DNA of 64,000 nt from Orbicella franksi. Lineage: Eukaryota. The position numbers were made by a program, and so were the translations under genes. The stretch is taken from assembly GCA_964199315.1 (NCBI GenBank), contig OZ116704.1, positions 26,474,001 to 26,538,000 on the forward strand, written 5' to 3'. A model generated the notes under the pieces. That model saw only the letters and a list, made by a program, of their open reading frames with translations, was not told where the DNA came from and ran no database searches. Below are positions 11,401 to 23,400 of this stretch, piece after piece. How positions within the stretch are numbered: the stretch's first letter is position 1; every line of letters starts with the position of its first letter.

Positions 11401-14400
11401 TGTCAAATTAGTTAATTTGGTTTCTATAGTCTAGCCTGCGGAAAAAATACACACCCCCACGACGGATGGCAAGCATTTTTGACCCCCCCGCCTCTGACTG
11501 GATTTCCCAGACTGCTAGAACCACCGTCCTGCCTGTATTTCCAAGCTCAAGGACCCCCGCTCCTGCCCGGATTTCCATTCTTTTTTTTAAAGGCCCAAAC
11601 TAGAAACAACAGGCAATAGAAAAGACGTAACATTTCATCCAAAAGATCCCTGTTTATTATAATTTAAAAGCTCGGTGAATTTTGCGGGTTAAATTTCAAC
11701 ATTTTTGAAATCGGATTATTCAAACGATCATGTTTAACGTTTGAGTGATCTGACACTCTCCTCGAAAACACCATTTGCCTTTTTCTGTACCACAACAAAT
11801 GTACAAGATGAGAAATTCGTAAGTTTTAAAAATTATGTAAATGTAAGAAAAATTACTGCGAAAAAAGTCCTTAAGCTGATTGTAAATAAAAACTATAATT
11901 TCAGTTTTCGGTGACAAAACGGCTACATTGGCATGTGTTTACAAGATCGAGTTCCCATTGTTAGGACTGTTAATGTGACATTTACTTAAGCTTATTAAGA
12001 AAGCTTTTCAAACTAGACTAATTTTAAATTTCATTACCTTTGTGGGTCTGTAGGTCAACTGGAATTCTTGCCTTTCTTTCAAGCATTCAAGTTTTCATGC
12101 GTAATACCCATGTTCTGGTTTCCATAAACTTGTCTTTTACCATATCAGTCGTAAGGCACAGATAATAAAGCAGAAGCAGCCTAGATAAAACTTCTTAAAA
12201 CTCCTGTAGATCCAACGAGGAATCTTCAATGTGAAATACTTAAAGAACTTAACAACGCCAAAGTATATATTATAAGTATGTTTGTTCGTAAACAAGTTCT
12301 GCTGTTGTGAAGTCATTTAGATTCCCAATGCTACAAGCAAATTCGTCACCACAATTTTACAGTTACACATCGTAAGAATTAAGAAAGAAATTATACGCAA
12401 ATTGTGCATATGCATGTTAGCCAGCAAAACGAGTTCTTAGGTTGCCTGAATAAAACAGAAAAGTACAACTGACTCTCAGCCTAATCGTTTTTTCATCCCA
12501 TTTTTGAGGATGTTACAAAGCACAGGCACAGGTGGCCTGGGTACCGTAAAAATGTTCCAGGCGTTGCGTGCTCAGTCGATGGTGTTTTATCCGGTCATAA
12601 AGCTGTTGTTATGGTAACCAGTCATGACGCCCCCAGGATATAACGCCCCTGACATGACGCCCCCCAACTACAAGACGTAATGCCCCCTAAAAGACATAAC
12701 ACCCCCAACATTAAGATATAATGCCCCCGATAGAAAGATAGTTACAAAACACCCGAGATCCAAACGAAAAACGATAAGCTTACGAACAATCAAAAATAAT
12801 AAATATGTTTACATAAAAAATCAATTTTTTATATCTTCATTTTCTGTAGTTTACTCTATTCGGTTGTTTCATGTTGTTGTTCCATGCATGTTGCTTGTTT
12901 GTTGTTTTTTTTGGTTTTATACTGACTTATTGCATCGCTCAATCTGTTCCATTGTTTTGGGCGCCACTTTGGATCAAAACTTGGTCCTAGTCTTCGCACA
13001 GGTCAATATGAAAGAATGAGGCGTGTTGATGACGAAAATGATGAAAAGAAAAACAAAAAAAACATTAATCTACTTGAGAGACTTTGCAAATAAGCTAAAG
13101 TCTCATTAATTATGGTCTGAATCGTGAATAAACGTTCTATTGAAGTTATATCAAGATGCTGAACATACACGCATCAGATATAATCCAGCACTAACAATGT
13201 TTTATGTTCAATTTAATTTATCACTAAATGGACATATTAAACATACTAAATTATGCAGGATTTCGATCCGCTGTAGTTTGGTCGGTAATCATTAATTTTG
13301 GTCTCGTTCAGCGATTTTCATTGTTCACAATGGTGCAACCAAAAGGACGCTTTGTCAAATACAACCATTTTTTTTACTTAGGGTCGAAATTGCATCAGTT
13401 AAATCAATAAATTATAAATCTGGCCTTCACAAGCTTTAATTTCATGTGCGATACATGGCACATCATAGTAAAATGAACTGCATTGCAGAATCAATGATGA
13501 CGATCGACAGCAACAACACGAGTCCTACATAACAACAAAGATGCTTTGTCAAGTGTGACCATTATTTTTACTTAGGGTTGAAATCACATCAGTTAAATCA
13601 ATGAATTATAAATCTAGCCTGTATAAACTTCAATTTCATGTGCTATATAAGGTTTTTCATGGTAAAATCAACTCCATTCCACTTGATGAACCCTCTTGAC
13701 AACAAGATACTTTTACTTTCACTCTTACTATTGAGGCAGTAAATATCGCACCATTTCCATCTATTAATTATAAATCTCTGTATCACAAGTTTTCATTCCA
13801 TGTGCGAAACAAAACGTGCTGTTACACTGTAAAAATGAACTCCACCTCAACTCAGTGAATCAACTTTAATCATCGATCTATTTACAATGACAACATAGCA
13901 AGAAGGGCGCCTTGTCAAGTGTTACTTATATTTTACTGCCTTTCCAGCAACTGACAAGTAATACGCATTAAGTTCAAGAGAAGTTGTTTTCATTTAATGT
14001 TACCTTTGTTAAATCCTAAATCCTTACACACATTTCACTTAAGTTCTTAACTCAAGTTCAGGGGCGTTATATCTTAATGGTAGGGGGCATTATGTCTTGT
14101 AGTTGGGGGGCGTCATGTTGGGGGTGTTATATCTTGGGGGCGTCATGACCGTAAATCGTTATCCATTTATCGTGCTGGTTCTTCATGATTGAGGTAAGAA
14201 CACTATAAACGGAAAGACTACAAGATTTCCCATGGCAAAGTGACCCCCAAGGAAGAAATTTTAGGTTCAGATCCCCCCCCCCTCACCCAGATTTTCCAAG
14301 CCATCAACCCCCCCCTCCCGTGAGAATTTCCAGTTTGCCATCTGTTGGGGGGCTGTGTATTTTTTCTGGAATAAGCCATTGGTAGCTGCCAATTCAGTGA

Positions 14401-17400
14401 CAAACAACATTACTGGTCAACTGTGAATAGTGTGCTGGACTTGATTTCTGATAGCTGATGGTTTGAGCCTTGATCTTTACCCTCTTGTTTCCTTCAGTTG
14501 ATACTTCATCTGAAATGGTTCTCTAAACTCTGATGTACATGTTTATCAAATGCAGAGGTCTTACTTACTCAGGGGGGAATATTTTAGCCTTAATTGTGTC
14601 CTTATAGTATAGACTGCATGCAGTGACATCTGAACAGAAAATATATTGGGCTGATTTTTTCCCAGTGTGGCTCCTAACAAGTTATTTGGCCACAGTGGAT
14701 TTGTCAATATTCTAACATGGTTCCAAGATGTGCAGGACAAACGTCTGTATTTGTTGGTTTTTTCTTTGTATTCAAGTTTTTTGGTGGAATTGAGGGACAA
14801 AAGAAACTTAACATATCCATATCCTCCTGAAAGCGTCAGAGCCATGTTAGGATTTTGATACATCAAATGTAACATATTGGTCAGTCAATAAGAGATTTGT
14901 TATGTATGACCTATCATTTGGCCCAGTTGTTGGACTGGAAATATTTAGCATTCTCATTGTTTTTAAGTCATTTAATTTGAAATGAACACTGGCTGAGGAA
15001 GCTTGGAAACAATGCATGCTAGGAGATATCCAGTAACACTACCCCTAGCTGTACATGTCCACCCGTAGTTTTTTCCCGTAAAAGAAATCATCATTTTTCT
15101 TTAGTTATCTTTTCTATCATCATACAGAAATATGGAAATCTGTTTTTTCTCCTCCAAACGGAGGCTAACTACCTAGCACAGCTGACAAGGATTGTTTCGC
15201 TAGCAGAGATTGATGGTGAGTGAGTCTTTTGATTTGATAGCAGTTACTGGTCAACAGATTTGACTCCGAACTAGACAACTGCATTTTTTAGCAGATGTTA
15301 TGCATCTATCAATGTTAAGCCTGAAGCATGGGGTTTGTGGGGCACTTGACCCTTCAGAAGAATTTTTGGCCCAAATCCCCACTGTAGGGCCCAAAAAAAT
15401 GTGTAAAATCAGATTTAATTTCCCCACCTTAGCAAGGCACTGTAGCGTGTTGCCCGGCAGGTGTCTATTCATTTCAAGAGAGGTATGCACTGTAAGTTCT
15501 TGGTGTCAATGGATGGAAAATATTTGAATTCCAATTCTTGATTGTCTGACAAAAAGTGAGGCTATAAACTGAAAATCCATGCCATCTCTACAAAGTGAGG
15601 AATTGCATCAATTTTTATTGAAAGTGAGTAGTAAGAGGTAGTTGTTTATTTATTGAAAACAAGTGCTTACCTCCAAAACACCCTATTTCAAGATATCTCA
15701 ACTGAGCTCATGTGATGATGTGATTAAGTGTCATTCCTCCTTGCAAAAAAATCAACCGTCCCCACTCCGGTATCCAGACTCGCAGTCAAATTCCAGTGGC
15801 TGGGGATGGCAATTGAAGTCAAATACCCCACATATGTCTGGGTTCCCCCGCCTAATTGGGCTTAACATTGGTAAGGTTAGGTAAAATCCTAATTTAGACA
15901 AGGTATTTCCTTCAGGACTTAACAATATTATATTAAATTAATCTAACTACCTAACTAATAAATCACTAATAACTACTGCAATAAGAGAAATGATAAAAAA
16001 AAAAACCTGCTTTACAAGGAAGCCCTGTATAAAAGCAAAATAAAACTTACATAAGATTACCATCAAAATCATAATTCTTCAACTTAGATTTAAATTCATC
16101 AAGAGAGGGTGACTGACGAATATCCAAGGGTAAACTATTCCACAGTACAGCTCCGCTGTAGGACAGACTCCTTTTACAATAATTAGTGCAGGGCTGTGGA
16201 ATGGCAAGCGAACAGTCACTATCTCTTAAGTTATAGGTTAAGATATCGGAACGGAAGACAAAGTGCAAACTAAGATAGTCCGGAACCATATTATTGATAT
16301 TGATAGACGCATTAGTTGACTAGCACTTTGAAAGGATTCTACTTCAAGTAACAAGCCACTGGGAGAATTCCATTGACCTTCCCCAGTTGACATATCCAGC
16401 AAGAGTGACTACAAGTCAACATACCTGGAGAATATAACAGAGGGAAAGGCAGGGAAAGTTCTTCCCCGGAACAAAATTGCCACAGGACAGTGAAAAAAGC
16501 AACACTTTCATCCAAACCTAACTTGTGCTTGGAACAGTCGAGTAGTGTTAAGAGGACAGCTTGCTAGCTGGCCAAGAAGGAACTCTCTCACTTGGTTTAA
16601 AGGATGTTTGACTCAAAAGGGTGTTTGACTGTAATATTGTGTTTTGTATTTAGATCTATTACAGCCTGTCTTATTCTCATTATATGGCAATCAGTATGAG
16701 CTTAGAGAAGAACATCTATTACTCACTTTGTTCCAGGTAAACTTTTCTCTGTGCTTTTATAGTAGAATTTGACTACTAGTGTTAATACTAATTGATACAA
16801 ATGCAATCTGATTGGCTGATGAGCTGTTGCACACTATCAGCTGTTAGTGCACACTGGCTGGAGGTCATCTACTGTCGGGAGCATTTTCTCATTTCTTCAA
16901 AGTGTCCAAGTATGATTGAGAAATATTAGTGGACAAAATGATTTTAAGATAAACAAATTTAATTCCTCGAAGGCTAAAAGAACAACATTCACCATTATGC
17001 ATAAATAAATGTTAAAGTTTTTGATGAAAATGAAACAAAAATGAACTGATGACTGATGATCCTGCATGCACAACTACAATTTAAAATGATGGTGTTACAA
17101 TTTTGGTTAAGGTGGCTCGTACCAGTTTTCAGGTTTTTGATGGTTCATACCTTTGTAAGAATAGAGCAAAAAGGCAGACCAGGGCCACTGTAATATTTTT
17201 GTAGGTTTGGATTATATAATTTATACCTGACCTAAAACAGCTGTTATTTTATCGTCACCAGTTACCATGGCAAAATTCCAAGGGGATTTTCCAGACCTGG
17301 TTTTTCGCTTATATCACTAATAACTAAAACATTAACCCAGTGACCCCGAGTTTTTTTTTAGCCAATAGCTTTTAGCATCTGAAAATGAAAATGCACAACA

Positions 17401-20400
17401 ATTTTAAAGTAATTTTACGGAGCCGATTTCTTATAAACTTGGAAAAACAACAATATGCACAAAGTGCAAATTTCTTTCAGTAGAATTTTTAAATTTTTTC
17501 TGACATTTCTTCTCAATAATAATATTATATTAATACAATAAAAAGAAGGGATCACTGGGCTTGTTTTCATGTAAAAGCCTTCGCAAGTTCAGTTATTCCC
17601 ACGCATGTAGCAACGCATTCAAAAATCCAGACTTTATAAGATCAGCTGTTTTGACTACTGCTGACTGCTTTATGTGCCCATGCGGGAGAGCGGGCTCCGA
17701 ACAGGCGTTTTGTTTTGTTTGCTGCTAAAACATCATTTACAGTTGTAGTTGTCATTAAAGACAACCTCCTGGGCTTACTCTGTAGGATTTTTACACAAAT
17801 TCTGAGTAGATTTCCTATGTTTTGCAAGTCCTTTACACGTTCCCAGTGGCTGTCACGATCAATCAAGTTGTCTTTGAAATTTGGGAAACATGGAATTCCC
17901 GAAACAATTTTTCTTAAATACACAGAATTGACTAAAGTTGTTCTAGCAGGTGAAGCCTCCTTTATATACGAATTTCGTTTCCAACAGTACAAAGGTGACC
18001 TTACTTGAAAAAAGCCGCACGCCACCATATTTGTTTTTGTCTTTCGAGTTTTAAATCTCGCGCCTCTATCGTACGTGTTACTCACGCATGACGCACGACG
18101 CACGATGGTGATCTACTGTCCGCACGAGAAAACTGGTACCAGCCACCTTAAGTGTTAACTTTAGTAATGTGCAGAAATATTAGTATTGGAAATCAGCAAA
18201 AGAAAATCTAATCAATTAACTATTTTAGAACAATGAACAGCATTACATTATTTGTGCTCAATTTTTGTAAGGTGATACTTGTAACTGATGAGGCTGAATG
18301 CCTCATAGAAGTCGAGAATGAATAGTGTCTTGATTGCGTGTTATGTTTGTTGCTTTTTCTTTTTTTCAGCTGGCTCTGAAATATGAGGTTAATGAGTCTG
18401 AGACATTTAACAGCCTCCTTCGAGCAAATACTGCCATCACAAGAATGATGACAACATACACAAGGTAATTTAAGTTTCTTTTGGACCCACTGTTATGACT
18501 ACAAGTCAATCTTCTGAGTCTTGGAGCAATACATATGATTGAAAAGTCCACATTCAAGGGAATTATGTACATCAATAGGTTTTTTTTTTTCTACTATTGT
18601 TATTATAGAAGAGGGCCAGGTCAGGAATACCTTAAATCAACTCTTGGACCATGTATTGGTCATGTTGTTGACCGGGACAAGCTGGTACTTGAAATCAATC
18701 CTCTGAAGGTGAGAAATTCCACTCATTTCATAACAGGTAAAGGTTAATTCATCATCAGGCCAAACAGCCCATTCAGCCAGAGCTTTTACTGGTTTCTGTA
18801 GCATCAAGCGGCTAGGAGTATTTTTGAATGGGTTGGTAGTTCATTGCAGGGTTACCCTCAGCATTAAATTCACTGGTACCCATTTATACACCTGAGTAGT
18901 GAGAGGCACTGTGAGAGTAAAGTGTCTTGCCCAAGAATGCAACACATGCAATGACCCTGGCCAGGGTTTGAACCCAGACCACTCTACACAGAGTCCAGCA
19001 TGCTAACTGGTAGGCTTCCACTTCATTTCATAATAAATGCCTTCCAATAATCTGTAGCTTTGAACCCTGACCAAGACTGTCGTGTTGAGTTCTGCCCATG
19101 ATACTTTTCTCTGCGTTGACTGTATGCTAAGTAATTATGGGTACTAGTAGATTGCAGGAAAATGCCGAATGTATGCAGGGGTCACCTGTGATAGAATGTA
19201 GTTTTCCATCTGTTGAGGGGGGGGGGGGGGACAGGGCGGGTCAATTACTACTGACAACTCTCGTAAGGCATACGCCACTATAAGGTAGACATCTCTCTTT
19301 GATGGAGGACACAGTTGTCTCGCTGGTTCAGACTGAATTTCACCTGTTTCTCTGTTACTGAACTTTCTCTAAGGCAGACACCTCTCCTAAGGGCACAGCC
19401 CAGGATCTGCTCCCAAGGGAGAGTTTATTGTAGTACTACACTGTAGGGGGAGTTTAGGGGGATGGATGGAGGGAGGTAGGGACAGTGGCTTCATGACTAG
19501 TATGTTCAGCATTCTGGATAGAGATGTCTGGGTTCAAGAACTGAGCAAGGTTTGTTTGTTCTTACAATACCCTCTGTTCACTCACAGGTAAGAATTGGTA
19601 CCAGCCAACTGGTAGAACAATCTAGCATCCCATTTCACGGAGGAGGGGTGGTAATACTCCAGTAGTTACTTCATGCTACAGAAACCTGAATAAAGTGATG
19701 GCACTGTGGAGCTACTTGGCTCCTGTAATTCTTGGGACTGAAGAGGATAAACTTCATTAACATCCACATGGACCACTTCCTTAATTAGCCACATTGAAGA
19801 AGCTCTAAGAAGTTTTCTTTTTACTTCAGGTTTTTGCTGAAATCTATGGTACATTGGCTGATTCCTCTGGACAGTTGACCATGGAGCGAGTATGTTTTAA
19901 TGTTTTGCTATACTTTGAGATAATAATGATATGCAGGAGGTAAGGAACCTAGAGGAAAAAAACAGACAGGGAAGCATGAATGAACCTTGAATTAACACCC
20001 TTGTGATAGCCACATGGCAACTATGAACCCCCACCCTACCCCACCTCAGAAGCTTGGACCTCTTCACCCCAGGGAGATAGATCCAGTCTCACACGCCATT
20101 AATGAAAATTATTTTCTCAATAGGCCTTATCTTAGCTACACTGAAAGCAGCAAGTTAGGTTTCATCTCCCTCACAAGTGATCAGTGTGAAAGAACGGGAA
20201 GCAGTATTCCCTGACTGTGACAACTGGGCTACCACAAAGGATCTCTTCTCTTATCCCCTTTCCTTCTTGATGTAGCTTAGGGCATTCACAGTTCTCCTTC
20301 AGTTGTATCGATCCTGGGTTTTGAGTTTCATTTTGTTCTACTGCGATCCTATCTGCTACAGTTTTTGTTCAGCAGACCTCCTCCAGTTGTTTTTAGGCCT

Positions 20401-23400
20401 TCCATGTTTTTGTTCTCTTGCGAGTTCCAGAAGAGGGCCTGCCTGGTAACATTAGCATGTTGTTTTCCTAGTGTAGGGCCAATCCATTTCCACTTCTTTC
20501 TTCTTATTTGAGTTAGCATCCTAATCTGTTGGACCCTCCCAGCCTCAAACACAGTCATACTGTTCAATGTCCCAAGCTTAGTGATAGTCCTGGATATGAG
20601 CAGTGGTTTTGACCTTGCAGCATCCATGTTGTGGGGTTGACTGCACGATGTCATTTCAGTTCCATGTTGGTTGTCTCCTCTTTGACCTGAGACTGGTTGA
20701 ATAGTATGAATTCCTGTGCATGTTTCTGTAACCAAAAGAGTTTTATTAGAGTAGGCGGTTTGCCTTTGTGGAGGCATGGTGTCCTCATGGTTAGTGTGCT
20801 CATCTCCAGAGCGAATGGTCCGGGTTCGAGCCCTGGCCAGAGACATTGCGTTGTGTTCTTGACTTAACTCTCACATTGCCTCTCTCCACCCAGTTATATA
20901 AATGGGTACCGGCAAACTTAATGCTGGGGGTAACACTGCGATGGACTAGCATCCCATCCAGGGAGGAGTAGAAATACTCCTAATCACTTCCTGTTACAGA
21001 AACTTTGATACGTTTTGGCCTGATGGGTCACTTGGCTCACATGCAGACTTTACCTAAGGCAGCGGTCTACTTCTCAACCTCCACCTTGGGGTCCAGAGTT
21101 TTTCTGTCAGGGTTTCCTTCCCTTAGCCACTGTGATCCTGTTATTTGAAGGTGCCAGACACTCCTCTTTTGCTGTCATTGCTTCGCTGCATTTTAAGAAA
21201 AACTGTACATAATTGCACTGTTTACCAGGGTAACAGTGAGGATGTGCAACACCTGACATGGTGGCAGAGAATGTTTGAGATGGTGGGCATTTGTCAGCAT
21301 TAAGAGGGCTCACTTGGTGATCCCAGCACACCCAACCATAACCTTAATCACCCTTTAACCCCACCTCAATAAATGCCATCTAATATTTTTTCAACAGTGT
21401 CTTCCGTAACATAGGATTTTTGATTGACAATGGCTTTTATTCAAACCAATTTTTTGATGATTATATCTGAATATTCAGGCCATGGATGACTCTGGTGTGC
21501 AAGCCACAATACAAGAACATATCCTTTTTGCACTCATTTATGATATAGTTATCTGCTGAACATGTGCGAAATTCTTATTGGGAAATGTACTGCCTGCCTA
21601 CCTGCCTGCAGCTGCCTGACTGACCGACTGACCGTTTGACCGACTGACCACTGACAAAGTAACCAACAGCCTTACTAACTAACTGCCTGTCTGACTTACT
21701 GACTACAGGGCTCGAAATTGCGACTCACTGGTCGCCAATGTGACCAAAAATTGAGCACTGGCAACTAAATTTTCAGAACTGGTCGCCAGCTGGCGACTCG
21801 CGTTTTGTCTGATAACTAAATAAAACCACGACACAAGTTTTGTTTTTAAATCTTTATTTTAGGAAATCAATCGGATATGGTAGCTAGTATACAACTCACC
21901 TTTCCGTCCCCAGTAAAGTAATGTCTGAATATTACCAGATAATCGAAAAAATTGAGTGTATTTCAACACATCGATACTGCGTTCACGGCGCACCATATTG
22001 TTTCAGCGGCTTTATTCCGAAACTGGGATCGCAGGCGCACTTCAACACCATGTGCTTTTCATTTGCCGCGAAAATGGCGGCAGATACCAATCAGTTGAAG
22101 GAATTATGCGAGTCTTTGCGTGCGGGGAATGAAGATTCAAGCATGGTGTTGTTTGTCGGCAGCGAAAAGTGTCGAGGAAAGCAAGTCGAAAATAAAGAAC
22201 AGCATTTCGAAGAAGTAGAAAGGGAAAATACACAAGGACCGTGTTTGTCTCGCAATGAAAACCACGGACTAGAAATGCTTTATACTTCGCTTCATTTAAA
22301 ATGACTATGGAGACAACCATCACCTTCGGACCAGAGACATATCACCTGAGAACAACAGTAGCTTTCTGTAACTGTTGCTCATGTTGTTTTTAATAACTGT
22401 TTTCGCTCTTCAATTGTGACTTTTCTTGCATGTGAAGTAACGTATAAAATCTTGTTCCTGTGTAAGTTATATATAAAATAAGTTGGCGACCAAAATTTTT
22501 CCGTTATTTGCCAGCTGGCTCTCAAACGAAAAAGTTAATTTCGAGCCCTGGACTAACTGGCTCATTGCTTGCTCATAGACTGGCACAATGACTGAGTGAC
22601 CAATTAGAATTGCAGTCTTGCTTGCTTTTTCTGCTTCATTGCTTGACTGACCGATTAACTGACTGACTGACAGATGGATGGATGGATGAAGTGACAGACT
22701 GATGTACTAATGTACGGACAGTGGGACGGATGGACAGAAATCTTAACAAACCCTTTTTGCTTACGGAGATAGTTCACACCACTCTTCGAAGTTAAAGGAG
22801 TAAACATGTAATTACATTTAGTCTCCTTAATATATTCCAAGCAGTATTCAGCTTCAGACAATGGCATTAGAATTTGTTTCTGCAATCACAAATTCACTCC
22901 ATGAAGTGCCTTATGGTATCAGATGGCTGTGCAGTACTATTGTTTGTTTAGTCAAGGTGAGAATAAATAAAATTGGTGATCCTCTAATTTGCAATTAAAT
23001 TACATGGTCTGCATCCCTTTAATGTAAAATGCTATGTTTTATGCTACATATATTTTGTTTTGAAATCAGAATTCCATGATGTTATCGTCACAAACAACAC
23101 ATTATGCATATCGGACAGACTATTGATTGTCACAGATGGGACAACTTGTTTCTAACTTTTTGTTATTTTTTTTTTCATTTTCTTGTAGGAGAAATATCCT
23201 GACGTTTCTGACACAAATATCACTTCCCTGATTGGTGGATTTTTTCTCCTGCGATTCTTAAATCCAGCAATAGTCACACCTCATGGTATGAGCCAATATT
23301 TAAGATTTTGAAATTATGCAATTTGATGGAGGCAGAAGGAATGGTCCCATCTGGGGGGAGTAGAAATACTCTAGTGGCTTAATGCTAAGCACACCAGAGA

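Noticed and set aside
20770-20845. tRNA-like sequence with A/B boxes
   Set aside because: It is the head of a multi-copy SINE; no complete cloverleaf.
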